The translations under genes and the position numbers were made by a program. A DNA stretch of 63,467 nucleotides, filler included, from Phoronis australis (Eukaryota > Animalia > Phoronida), in the NCBI GenBank assembly GCA_002633005.1. It is 11 parts of 11 records of this genome, joined end to end, with 100 filler letters (N's around TTAATTAATTAA, not from the genome) between each part and the next. Parts side by side here need not be neighbours in the genome. Positions count along the whole stretch, not along the records: positions 30,016 to 39,039 come from NMRA01001854.1; positions 39,140 to 42,316 come from NMRA01003166.1; positions 42,417 to 53,907 come from NMRA01000679.1; 8 more parts are not named here. One strand, 5' to 3'. This document shows positions 37,848 through 50,800 of this stretch, piece by piece. The notes beneath the pieces are model-generated. The model saw nothing but the letters and a program-made list of their open reading frames with translations, was not told where the DNA came from and did no database searches. Within the stretch, counting starts at the first letter, position 1, and every line of letters begins with the position of its first letter.

Positions 37848-37939
37848 CATAGGCATGTTACATAGGCATGTTACATAGGCATGTTACATAGGCATGTTAC
37901 ATAGGCATGTTACATAGGCATGTTACATAGGCACGTTAC
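37848..37939. repeat. Minisatellite, 13-bp unit CATAGGCATGTTA x7
   Basis: Directly visible. Confidence 0.95.
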
Positions 37940-38170
37940 AACTCAGGTGATGTCAAATCAGCTCCAAATTACAGACCATGAAGCCACAAAATAGACAAAG
38001 ATGTAGAGGCAGTTGAGTACCTTACTTCTCAGGTGTCAAACAGCACGACCATTCACCTGGTGTCATACTTGAGGCTGCTAGTCATGTGACCATTGTCAAA
38101 GAATCTGGTTGGTTGACAGAGAGAAAATATCCCCTTCATAACAAAAACATTTTAAACAATATGATGTTAC

Positions 38171-38261
38171 CTTGTAGTGATATACATAATATCTCTCAAA
38201 TAAATTATTCAGTAACGCCTGTTTCTGAAGTCCAGAAAGTATCATCACCATTTTAACCCAT
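38171..38261 (-). CDS. Candidate isolated coding exon of an unidentified gene
   Basis: Minus strand: GTTTCGTTTTCATGCAG| 91 bp |GTAAC; only one open frame (WVKMVMILSGLQKQALLNNLFERYYVYHYK). No recognised homology and no confident partner exons. Confidence 0.25.
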
Positions 38262-39742
38262 CTGCATGAAAACGAAACTTTGAAATAAAATGAAAGGAAG
38301 GGGTCACATAATTTCGTACCGAGCTCTGAACTAAAAAAATAAATAAAAGAAATCCTAATAATAAGCTCCGCTGACCCACGACAACAGTGTACAATAAAAA
38401 TAATTCATCAAACTTTATAGTCCAAGAAACAAAACGAGTTTCCAGGTAAGTGTCCCCTATCTCAAACACAATTTTCATGTGATTAGTTTGAAGGTTAGTA
38501 AATAAAATTGAGCAAGTTTTGAAAACTTTCCATATCAGATCAATAAACTTGGAATAATGTATACAGCTTCGCTATGACATTTTTATACAAACTTTACAAT
38601 ACCAAAAATGCAGCCACCCTAAATACTGTGGCCAGTGTCGATACTAAACCACGTTTTAGTATTTTAACATATATTGGTGTCCTCGTCTGCTACAGTTGGT
38701 CTGAAAAATAAAAACCATGTTAAAATTCAATTATCTATGATGTGACGAACGTAGAACAAAAAATATTTGAACTTTTAAGACGTAATAAACTAATTTGTAT
38801 AACGAAACTTCCATTGGTATCGTCTTGCTCAACATAAATCAGTTACAGAGGATCGGCGTTGGCCGGCATAGCAGACGATGTACTCCAGTCCATGCAGACA
38901 AATCTGAGACTGGTTTCCATTCAATATCAACATTTTGGCGCAGGGACATGGTTGATTAAACCGTTGAATGTCACGCATTGCAATATAGTTCACATTGCTC
39001 TACAATATCTTTTGTAAACTCGGACACAATAAAATAATANNNNNNNNNNNNNNNNNNNNNNNNNNNNNNNNNNNNNNNNNNNNTTAATTAATTAANNNNN
39101 NNNNNNNNNNNNNNNNNNNNNNNNNNNNNNNNNNNNNNNTCTCATTAGACCCAATTAAAACTGTATCTTCCTAATGCTAAATGTAGTAAATAACTTAAAC
39201 ATGGAATTACAATCCAGTTTCCCCACACTTCTATCAATACCATTGAACCTGGGAACAGGTATAGTAAAATCTCATAAATAACTTCTGTTGGTCTCAGCTT
39301 CGACCTCTGGGTCAAGAAATGAGCATCTTAATTTATCAGTCATGGAGCAATGTCCAGAGGAAAGCAAAGATAACGTACTTTAATTAGTCTCACCACAGAT
39401 TTTCCAAGGAAATGTTAAGGTTGTACGACAGTTTGCCAAACAGCCATAAAACCAGAAGTTGTTTCACAACACCAACTAATTTTTGGAAATTCACTTATAG
39501 GGTGTCAAAAAGATGTACTGCCAAAACCCCTGTTTGCTAGTAAAGGGTATAAAAGTATCGCGGCATGCAAAATTCAGAAAAAAAAAAACAGCCTGGAGAG
39601 GTGGTATCTCACCTTTAAGAGTCCAGATGAAATGTCATCTTAGAAATTCCCGTTAGTTTTCGACAGTAGAAATGAGACCCAAGGTCAAGATTCACTTAAC
39701 TTCTTTTTGTGGAAAGTTCCCTTTATTTATCGAAAGGGTGAA

Positions 39743-39892
39743 GTTTGAGGTCACCTGGTACATAGCATTAGGTTTGAGGTCCCATAGTACACAGCATTAG
39801 GTTTGAGGTCACCTGGTACATAGTATTAGGTTTGAGGTCACGTGGTACATAGCATTAGGTTTGAGGTCACCTGGTACATAGCATTAGGTTTG
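39743..39892. repeat. Minisatellite, 29-bp unit GTTTGAGGTCACCTGGTACATAGCATTAG x5
   Basis: TTTGAGGTC at 39744, 39773, 39802, 39831 and 39860. Confidence 0.95.
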
Positions 39893-40941
39893 TCTTCAGC
39901 TGCCATGTTAAAAAACCAGTACCCAAGTTTCTGGAACTTGCCATCTGGTGGAGCAAATGACAAAATTTCATCAACCCATATAAAAATTCACGGAAACAGC
40001 AGTCTCTTACAAGGTTATTTCAACAATGGCAAGAATCATATGTTGCACTACTCAAGGAGATTGGTGATAGATTTTACAAATTTTAGCCAGCATTCCCAAG
40101 TTCACTGTAATATCTTCAATTTCTGACAAGATCAGCTACTAATCAAAAATTGTCTATGAAACAGTCAACTTTCATAGATCTATCCATTAACATGAAATCA
40201 GAAACCAATGAGTCTTGGCAGTAACCAGAGATAGGAAAATAACCTCAAGTGACACATTGGGCTGACAAAGGTAACACAATCAAAGAAAAAAGGGGGCACA
40301 CAGCAGTGACAGCACGTCTTCCAAGTTAAATGCAGAACCATAAATAGAAGATTTTTCAATTCTGTTATTTAGTGTATGTAATCAAAGGCAATTCCCAAAG
40401 ACATGCTAGCAGGTACTTGAGAGACAACCAGAGGAGCACGGGAGACGAGACATTCCATGGGGTCTTGAGAATCTTCCCCTGGGAACTTTTCATAATTTAT
40501 TCGTCTTGACTTGAATTTTGGTTCATTCCTATATCCTCTTATGGTTAAGAGTTAAACTTTCACTCAAATACTCGTAGAAATATGCGTATATGTACTTTGA
40601 GCACCTTAATCCGTTAGACATGTGCAATGAATAGTCATAAAAAATCATACCCTCAAAAGCCTGTTCGACATGACCACCTTTCCTGCAAACAATTCCCTCT
40701 TCATCAAACACCCTTTCCTAATAACTTCAACAGATATATGAGTACCACTTGGAATTCTTTGGGAAAAAAGTATCAATAGTCTTACAGAACTTCTCACTGC
40801 CATCAGGAGTATTGTCTTTGAGCAATTTACCAATGACGAACTTTAAACTTTCATCCTTGCTATAGCAGTCAATGCCATTTTTTGTTATTCCAACACATAT
40901 TTTTGGTTGTTTCTTCCACAAGTCTTGACCTGAAGTTTTCT

Positions 40942-41439
40942 CAGGGCTTGGAATGACCAATGACAAAAAAGCAGAATTTTTTACAGCCCAAAACATGCGC
41001 GCAGCCTTGAAATAGGCGATATGGACCTTTTGCCGACAAAATTCGGGAGGACTAAAAAAAATACGGTACCACCTCCAGAAGCGTGCATCTGCATCTTTTT
41101 AGCTCGTCCGTCCACTCAGGCACTCCCACCTACACACATTTTTGGCTGCAAAGTCGTAGTATTTGTCACCGCGGTATACAATCACACGAGACGCCACTGA
41201 AGAATCCACCAAGCTATCCCAGATGCCCCGGCAATGTTGGCAATTTACGTTCCTCCGAAACATAAAGAGCAAGTTCCCCTTTTCGAGGTGGAAGTCGTCG
41301 GCAATGCTGCGGTAAGAAACAAATTTGCTGCGAAGATTTTATATCAAATCCGATTTTTTTACGCGGAAATATGAAATACGCGGACAGAACATTTGAAAAA
41401 AGCGGAAATCTGCGTTTCCGCGGAAAATTCCAAGCCTTG
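40942..41439. mobile_element. hAT-like MITE with apparent 6-bp TSD
   Basis: TIR CAGGGCTTGGAAT..ATTCCAAGCCTTG, flanked by TTTTCT on both sides; a related left end is at 5614 (CAGGACTTGGAATGACCGATGACAAAAAAG). Confidence 0.85.
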
Positions 41440-41631
41440 TTTTCTTGACTAATTTGAAATTTTATCCGTCTTTTTCGTGAATAGTGCAGTATTTGTAAGG
41501 GGGTTAAAAGAGTTATTGCCCCCAGCCAGGAGTTCAGCTAGGATTTCGAAAATAGGGCATCCAAAATGGTTTTCCAATTTCTCAAGCTGTAACTCACTCA
41601 TTTCCTTCGTCCTTGAGAAACGATCACCTTA

Positions 41632-41785
41632 CATAGGCGGCGCACCATAGGGGGCTGAGGGGAAGGCTATAGTCCTCCACATTTTTCAGTGCTACGCCGC
41701 ACATGGTCTATAGGCCACGGCGTGCACCACAGAGGAGGCTGAGGGGGCTTTAGTCCCCCACTTTTTTCAGAGCTGCGCCCCCATG
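41632..41785 (+). mobile_element. Short GC-rich hAT-like MITE; inverted copy at ~57846-57989
   Basis: CATAGGCGGCGCACCATAGGGGGCTG..AGTCCCCCACTTTTTTCAG is the reverse complement of CTGAAAAAAGTGGG..CCCTATGGTGCGCCGCCCATG at 57861-57989. Confidence 0.7.
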
Positions 41786-42416
41786 CTTTAAGAAAGTAAT
41801 TAGCGCTTTTGTTAAAGTGATATTTTTAAGTGCATAATGTATTTGGATGAGGTGAAAACTAAAGTGAAAAATTACTTTGTTCCGAGTTTGGAAGTCAGGC
41901 GTCCTAACCAGTCAACCAAAGAGCAATTGCTCATACACAAGTGATTAAGAGAGGCTTTCATAATAATTACATTCACTTCTTCACTACAAATTTTCTTATT
42001 TTTTAGCCAGAATTGCACTAAAGCCATTTAAAAACATGGGGCTGAAATGCATTCAAAACTGGATGGGGAGTATTGACTCAACGACAGAATAAGGGCTAGT
42101 TGCCTTCCTAGTATAGGCTAGCCTATGGCTAACCCCAATTTGGGCTGGTGGCGCTAGTGGTACAACGTAGCCTCAACTTTTAATGTGGTACTTCATGGCG
42201 CACAAATACTGAATAACGGCTGCTGGGCATCATTATCCATTTTAGGACCCACCAACTGTAGTCACTAGATTTTGATTTCACACCTGTCACCAATCGTCCA
42301 ATGTCACCTTGTCCTTNNNNNNNNNNNNNNNNNNNNNNNNNNNNNNNNNNNNNNNNNNNNTTAATTAATTAANNNNNNNNNNNNNNNNNNNNNNNNNNNN
42401 NNNNNNNNNNNNNNNN

Positions 42417-43820
42417 CACGTCAAATTACCACCGTTAACCATTTTTTTGCTGTTTTTGCCGCATTCCTAGCACTTTCAAGCATCAGGTCAAATTACCACT
42501 GTTAACCATTTTTTTGCTGTTTTTGCCGCATTCCTAGCACTTTCAAGCATCACGTCAAATTACCACCGTTAACCATTTTTTTGCTGTTTTCGCCGCATTT
42601 CTAGCACTTGCAAGCACCACGTCAAATTACCACCGTTAACCATTTTTTTGCTGTTTTTGCCGCATTCCTAGCACTTTCAAGCATCAGGTCAAATTACCAC
42701 TGTTAACCATTTTTTTGCTGTTTTTGCCGCATTCCGGGCACTTTCAAGCATCACGTCAAATTACCATTTTTATGCTGTTTCGGACACTTTTCTAGCACTT
42801 TTATGCTGCTTTAGCCACTCTCAAAGCACTTTCAAGCGTCATGTCAAATTATCACGATTAACCACTTTTTTGCTGTTTTGGACACTTTTCTAGCACTTTT
42901 AAGCTGTTTTAACCACTCACAAAGCACACTTAAGCGTCAAGTCAAATTATAACGATTAACATTTTATTGCTGTTTTTACCGCATTCTTAGCACTTTCAAG
43001 CATTATGTCAAATTACCACTTTTATGCTGTTTTGGACACTTTTCTAGCACTTTTATGCTGTTTTAGCCACTCACCAAACACATTCAAGCGTCATGTCAAA
43101 TTATCACGATTAACCACTTTTTTTGCTGTTTTTACCGCATTCCTAGCACTTTCAAGTATTATGTCAAATTACCACTTTTATGCTGTTTTGGACACTTTTC
43201 TAGCACTTTTAAGCTGTTTTAACCACTCACAAAGCACACTTAAGCGTCAAGTCAAATTATCACGATTAACATTTTATTGCTGTTTTTACCGCATTCTTAG
43301 CACTTTCAAGCATTATGTCAAATTACCACTTTTATGCTGTTTTGGACACTTTTCTAGCACTTTTATGCTGTTTTAGCCACTCACCAAACACATTCAAGCG
43401 TCATGTCAAATTATCACGATTAACCACTTTTTTCCTGTTTTTACCACATTCCTAGCACTTTCAAGCATCTTGTCAAATTACCACATTTATGCTGTTTTGG
43501 ACACTTTTGTAGCACTTTGATGCTGTTTTAGCCACTCACCGAGCACATTCAAGCGTCATGTCAAATTATCACGATTAACCACTTTTTTGCTGTTTTTACC
43601 GCATTCTTAGCACTTTCAAGCATCATGTCAAATTACCACGTTTATGCTGTTTTAGACACTTTTCTAGCACTTTTATGCCCTTTTAGCCACTCACCAAGCA
43701 CTTTCAAGCATCATAACAAATTACCATTTTCATGCTGGCAATTTTAAGCACCAATGCGTTCAATTACAACTATTAAGCACTTTTACGTGGTTTTAGCCAC
43801 TTTCTTAGCACATTCAAGCA
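42417..43820. repeat. Satellite-like tandem array: 67-bp units grading into a composite higher-order repeat
   Basis: TCAAATTACCAC at 42421, 42488, 42555, 42622 and 42689; afterwards ~67-bp and ~87-bp variants alternate, built on CTAGCACTTT/TTCAAGC. Begins at a gap. Confidence 0.92.
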
Positions 43821-43899
43821 CCACCATGTTTATTAATACTGGCTTAGTCACATAAAAAGCTAGGAAAGTGGCTAAAACGACAGTCGCTGGATGTGTATG

Positions 43900-44045
43900 T
43901 AGAGGTTGCTGGAAGTTCCTGTAGAAGTTTCCGGAAGTGCAGGTAGACATCGCTGGAAGTGCCTGTAGAAATATCCGGAAGTGCCGGTACAGGTTGCTGA
44001 AAGTGCCTGTAGAAGTTTCCAGAAGTGCCGGTAGAGGTCGCTGGA
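43900..44045. repeat. Degenerate ~22-bp tandem repeat (GGAAGTGCCKGTAGA); inverted fragment at ~51838-51885
   Basis: GAAGTGCC.GTAGA recurs; CCGGCACTTC..CTACTGGCACTTC at 51841 is its reverse complement. Confidence 0.7.
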
Positions 44046-44727
44046 NAAGCATTGAGTTTTTCATAAAGCACTTTGTATAAAAATTATTAAAAACTTATTA
44101 ACCAATTTTTACACATTTAACTTGCCATAAACCTGCCACATGTTGATTTCACAACAAATGTTTTTAATAATTACCACATTTTTATCATGTATTTTTTTGT
44201 TTTGGGAAGTGCATAATGAGGAAAGCGCAGGATTGTTTAAAATAGGAAATTCTCCAATTTTCGACTAAAATGCATAGTCTCATTTCCCTAACCTAACCTA
44301 ACCTAACCTAACCCTCAAACAATCTTGCAACTAATAGTAATCTCATTTCCTTGTAGAGTAGGTTTTAGCTTTTTATTCCTTATACCAATTTGTAACACAT
44401 TACCCTTGAACTATAAAGAATGTCTATTCAGTTTATTTACTTGTTAAAAGAAATAGTTTATTTTGAGTGAAATAGGTGAAATACTACACAGATTCAGACT
44501 TACTGCATAGTAATACTATGAGTTTAAATAAACTGCCCTCTGACTTTGCTGAAATGTTCTTTGTAATGTTTTTAAGAATCTCTGTAGTACAATAATTGGT
44601 CAAGTAACATTAAAATCATAACTTCAATTTGTAATGGGCTACAGACACATCTCCTTTGGCACAAATGCACAGCAATTCAAAAATTATTTCTGCCCAGTCT
44701 GAACCACAACCATGGACTTTGCCTTAA

Positions 44728-45132
44728 GGGCCTTTCATACTAACGTCAACGCGTCGATGGTTTGGGATGTTGCGGTGCAGTATGAACGCTTAACTCCGGT
44801 CCCATCAAAGTTATCGCCAGGTGCCACTGTTATCGTCAACAGTTACAGAGTAGTGCCGTCACTCATAACTACTTATTTTTTGCTCTAATGATAACCAATC
44901 GAATTAAAAATGAGTTTAATGTCATTTAGCACATTTAAATGTTCCCAAATTGTCACTTTGAAAAAAATCTTAGCGTGTAGCGCTACCTTGCGATAACTTC
45001 GATGAAGTCAACGTCACCAACCCTTAACTTCGATGGTCATTAACTACCGAAGCCAGTATGAACGGTTCAGTTAACTGCGCTGTCTATGTCGACGCTCCGT
45101 TCAGACCGGAGTCAAGTCAATATGAAAGGGCC
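44728..45132. mobile_element. Harbinger-like MITE
   Basis: TAA|GGGCCTTTCATACT..ATATGAAAGGGCC termini; internal identity with 30678-31127. Confidence 0.75.
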
Positions 45133-45292
45133 TTTTGTCATTACAGAAACTATTACGTAATGAGTTCCACTTGCACTTCCTTGAACTGGTCAGTGAGTGA
45201 GTGGGTAGCCACTGTAGTGCAGTTGGTGGTCTAGCAATGACCCTAACCTATAAGAGGACAGGTGCTTTATTGTAGAATAGAATTGAAACATA

Positions 45293-46300
45293 CCGTAAAC
45301 GTTCGGGTTAACGCTCATGCTCAGTTAACCGCCCACCCCCTACTTTAGGTGGATTTTCGATTTAACCGCCCACTGCTCGGTTAAGCGCCCCCCTGCGACT
45401 TTTGAAGATTTCCAGTTAAGCNTCATTTATGAATTGAAACATCGCTGTTTTGTAGCGTTTTATTACATATTGATGCCGTGGCTCGAAATTTTATTCTTGA
45501 TTGACGAGTGGCTCATGGCCGCTTAACCCCGATTCTTGTCTTCGGCCTACTTCTTTGCCGAGCATGTTTGGCGCAACGGCAAGTGAGCAATACCGGGCAG
45601 TCGAGATAAAACAGCAAGCCACAGAACCATACGTTGAAAATGTCATTGAGTCACGGAGTATCAACTATAAAGATCCCAAACACAAAAAACATCTGAATTA
45701 AGGTTTTCAAACTTTTATTACAACCAATTTTAAAACTACTCTCTGACTATGAACTTGGCAGCTAGTACGAGACTGTAACCATAAATTTGATGTCTGCTGT
45801 GACCTCTGCAACACGTGAAGCTTGCACGCGCGCACTTTAGTAAGATGAAATAGTTGCAATCCAAGTAGAGGCTGCGTGGTCACTGGTCGTCTGCGCTCTA
45901 CAGGGCTAAATAACAAGACCGCAGGACGGCACGGGGCTATTACTCAGCAATTCCGTAAATTTAACAGTGAATAACTAATCTGAGGGCATGATAACCTTTT
46001 TTAGGATCATCCGCTGTTATGACATTTTCCCGTCATGTGGCGACGTGACGATTACGCTCTTTGAAAAGTGCTACGCGTTCCGAGTAGGCCTACGTGTGTG
46101 GTGTGGGGACTTAGATCACGAGGTAAGATTAACCGCCCAGGGTGCTTGCCTGTCGTAATAAGCGCCCACGTTTGGTTAACCGCCCACCCTGGATTTTTTG
46201 AAGTTTCACGTTTAAGCGCCCATGTCTGGTTAGCCGCCCACCCCCGATTTTTTGGGTTTCCCAATTTAACCGCCCAGGGCGTTAACCCGAACGTTTACGG
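45293..46300. mobile_element. Tc1/mariner-pogo-like non-autonomous element (~1 kb) with TA TSD
   Basis: Perfect 22-bp TIR CCGTAAACGTTCGGGTTAACGC..GCGTTAACCCGAACGTTTACGG flanked by TA on both sides; many subterminal TTAA(C/G)CGCCC repeats. Confidence 0.93.
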
Positions 46301-47809
46301 TACTGAACTGACAGGAATGCTGCATTTTAATGCTGATTAATTCTTTAGAACCTTGTATTGGAATTGAATGAAAACATTAGGTGAATTGTTAAAGATATCT
46401 TAATAACTGAAAGCTGTGAATTGTAGACTTCAGAATTGATAACTTTTTTGTTGTTCTGGGTTACATGCACTTTCACAGCATTTGTTTATTTTATTTGTTA
46501 TGTTTCAAAAATGTGAAGGTTTTGTTGTAATTTGATTGGTGTAATGTCCTTTTGAAACACTGAGTGGGAAGAAACAAATTCTTTTTAGCATTTTGAAGGA
46601 CAATTGATTTCTATTTGAAGTTTGAAAAACACTGCCAATATTCAAGATGTGAAGTGGTAAGATACTTGAAAGTTACATCCATGACATTCTTCATAAATTG
46701 TGAACATATTTTATTTAAAATATTGTTGTCTTAATTTAACACAGCTGCTCTTAAATTGTCTCAGTAACAAAACTTTTTTCCAACTATGGCACAATTTGCT
46801 TATTGGACTTCATTTTTACGTAAAAAGCTGATCTTGCTATCTGTTCATAGTACTGATGCTTTACCAGTGAGATAGTGGAAAACATAAAAGTAAAACTGAG
46901 AGTGAAAGAAATGCTTACCAGAAGTGAAAATTTTTTTCCCCGATGACTTGTGGCAAGAGTTCATGCAGGAAGAATTTTGCAATAACTTTCAATTTCGTGC
47001 AAGGTATCTATGACACATTACTTTGATAAAACCAAACTTCAGTGTAGCAAGCTATGTGATGGAATGAAGGCAAAAGTTCTGATTGCCAATGTGAGCTCAG
47101 TGTTTCTAGCTTCAGTTTGACTTTGTTTATTTGGTCTACACAGTGTGTGACATTGCCCATGTAATCTCTGTTTACATCAGTCTTTAGCCTATTAGCAATA
47201 CATTTACAGCAGTTACAATGACCATTGCACTGGTGCTAAAATTAGAATGTTCCCATTCCTAAATACCAACTAGTGGTATCTATCTGATTGCTTTTGTATT
47301 GTCANTATTACACCAGTGAGCTAAGGTATATTTAGGTCACTGGTTCTAACCATGTATCTAAGGTATTGTAGTCTCTTTTATGTTCAAAAACTCATAGCTG
47401 GCTTCAGGTGCGATAAGTTAGTTCTTTCTGTCAAAAATTCAACTGTTTATGTTGGCTACGATACTTACTGTTATAAAATCTGTATGAACTAATGATCCTT
47501 ACTCCGATTACAATAACCTCTACGCCAGAGAAGAACTGGGAGTTTGTTATTGCTTTTGAGTTAGCTCATTTGCTCATTCGTGGAGGCTAGTATCGGACTC
47601 TTTGGCAATATGGCCACTAGGGATTCAGGTGCTTCATTTGTGACCCCTCCTCTTGGTCTTACCACACTGCGTTTTCAAGCAGCATAATTAAGTTACTATA
47701 ACTTCATGTCGCCGTTAATTCATCTACCTACAGTTTGTGAGGAAAACAAAAAAAACTGACGTTGCAGATTGTCCAATACCTTTCTGAGACTGAGTCCACT
47801 CAGCAAACG

Positions 47810-50800
47810 ATAGGGGCAACGATCACTGATAGATGCCTATCTGCCAAATTTATGAAAATCCCTTGAAGAACTTTGAAGATACAGAGGTAAAATTAAAAAA
47901 CCAAAGTTGCCACTAGGGGACACACCCATAGTCTGATCTCCCCGAAAGTCGTCATTGTTTGTTGCCAAGTTCATATAAATACACTTAATTGCTAAATTTA
48001 ATGAATATCCTGCGGAGGGTTTAGGAGATACAGCCGTTGGCGTAAAAAATCTCACTAGGAGTGCCACAGTTGTTGAGGTCATTCGGAAAATCATCGTCAG
48101 CCCTTCTCTTGATATGAAGAACAAACATAGCAATTTCCACCATCATCCTTAGAGTTGTTTGGTTGACAGAGGGGCAGATGCCAAAAAACAGACTCGAAAA
48201 AAGTAAAAATGGCCACTACGTGGCGCAAAATGCCTCTAATTCAAACGAAAACTGAATGATAGCCTCATCTCACTAATACATGCCCGTCTGCTAAATTTCA
48301 TGAAAATCCGCTCGCTGACAACCTTTGAACATACAGAGGAAAACGAAAAACATAAAACTATCGCTAGGGGGCACACCAGTAGTCCAATCCATCCGAAAGA
48401 AGTCAACCTCTGTTGTCAACTACTTATAAATATACCAGCAACATTTAATAAAGACCCCATAGAGCATTTAGGAGATACAGCCATGGGTACAAAAACAAAC
48501 AAAACTACCACTAGGTGGTGCCACAGCAGCCAATGTCATTGAAAAATCATCGTCAGTTGCCTTCTTCACAGTAAGAACATATATGCCAACTTTCAAAATC
48601 ATCCCTAGAGCGTTTTGGTTGGTAGAAGGGCGGATGCCAAAAACAAATTCAACAAGAGCAACGCAGAGCGTTGAAATGCGCCCACAATTCCACCATATAC
48701 GGTATCCTTCTAGGGTTGTTTATTGGTACCATAAAGTGGCTAGTAGACGGCATATATGTAGTATGTTGTACTTTGCAAAATGGAAAGGCATGGTCATTGT
48801 CTCCTCAATAGGCTAGGGGCAAAATGTGAGTGATCTTCATAATACAAGCACATCCTATACATCAGTTGCTTAAAGCACCACAGAAACATAAAATTAAAAA
48901 CAAATTTATCAACATATGAGATTAGCACAGCATTAGAATGCCAGAAACAAATTTCTACTTGGAACTTTTCCTTCATAGTCACGAAGAAACACAAAGTATA
49001 CACCTGAAGACCTATGGAAATACAGAGGTCAATGTAAAATACTAAAATTGCCACTAGAGGCATACCGGTAGTCAGAATCATCCTAAAGTCGTCATCGTCC
49101 GTTGTCAACATCACATAAATACACTTGCTAAATTTAGTAAAGATCCTGCAAACGGTTTGGGAGATACAGCCATGGGTGCAAAAAAAACTGCCACTAGGAG
49201 GCGCCACAGTAATCAAAGTCATGGGAAATTCAGCGTCATCCGTCCTCTTCATAGTAAGAACATACATGCCAATTTTCACAATCATACTTATAGCGGTTTG
49301 GTTGATAGAGGGGTGGACGCCAAAAAACAGACTCAAAAATGGCTACTGGGTGTCGCAAACTAGGTCGAAAACGGGAGGATAGCGTCATCGCACTAATAGG
49401 CGGATCCGTCCAAAAGTTGTCATCGTCTGTTGTTAACATAATATAAATACACTTATTAAATTTCGTAAAGATCCTGCGAACGGTTTAGGAGATACATCCA
49501 TAGACGCAAAAAAACAAAACTGCCACTAGGAGGCGCCGCAGTAGTCCAAATCGTCTGAAAATCATTGTCAGCTGTCCTCTTTATAGTAAGCACATACACG
49601 CCAATTTTCACAATCATCCTTTGAGCGGTTTGGTTGATAGAGAGGTGGACGCAAAAATACAGACTCGAAAACTGTATAAAAATGGCCACTAGGTGGTGCA
49701 AACTATGTCGAATCCATCTGAAAACGGGAGGATAGCATCATCTCACTAATAGGTGCCTACATACCAAATTTCATGAAAATCCGTTCAGGACTTTTGAAGG
49801 TACAAAGGTAAGCATAAAAAATCAAAATTGCCACTAGGGGGCACACCGGTAGTCGGGTACGTCCAAAAGTCGTCATCTTCCATTGTTAACATCATATAAA
49901 TATACTTACACAATTTCGTAAAAATCCTGCAAACGGTTTAGGAGATACAGCCATGGGCGCAAAAAAAACTGCCACTAGGAGGCGCCACAGTAGTCGAAGT
50001 CATCGGAAAATCATCGTTAACTGTCTTCATCATAGTACGAACATACATGCCAATTTTCACAATCATCCTTAGAGTGGTTTGGTTGTTACAGGGGTGGATG
50101 CCAAAAAAAACGACTCGAAAATAGTAAAAATGGCCACTAGATGGCGCAAAATGTCTCAAATCCATCCGAGAACGGAAGAATAGCGTCAACTCATAGATTG
50201 GCACTAGGGGGCACACCGGTAGGCGGATTCCTCCGAAAGTTGTCGTCGTCTGTTGTTAACGTCGTATAAATTAACATACTAAATTTCGTAAAAATCCTGC
50301 AAACGGTTTAAGAGATACAGCCAAGACTCAAAAACAGTAAAAATGGCCACTAGGTGGCTCAAACTACGTCGAATCCATCCAACAATATGAGGATAGCGTC
50401 ATCTCACTAACAGAAGCCTACATACCAAATTTCATGAAAATGATTAGAGGACTTTTGAAGATAGAGAGGTAAACAAAAAAAAATAAAATTGAGACTAGGG
50501 GGCAGACCGGTAGTCGGATCCGTCCAAAAGTTGTCGTCGTCTGTTGTTAACTTCGTGTAAATATACGTACTAAATTTCGTAAAAATCCTGCACACGGTTT
50601 AAGAGATACAGCCATAGGCACAAAAAAACAAAACTACCACTAGGAGGCGCCACAGTAGTCGAAATCGCCGGAAAATCATCGTCAGCCGTCCTCTTCATAG
50701 TAAACACTTACATGCCAATTTTCACAATCATCCTTTGAGCGGTTTCGTTGATAGAGGGGTGGAGGCAATAAAAACAAGACTCGAAAACAGTAAAAATGGC

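Noticed and set aside
43005-43376. 123-aa hydrophobic repeat ORF
   Set aside because: Translation of the satellite array.
44286-44313. (CCTAA)n tract resembling arthropod telomeric repeats
   Set aside because: Only ~5 units, interstitial; such tracts are common inside invertebrate TEs.
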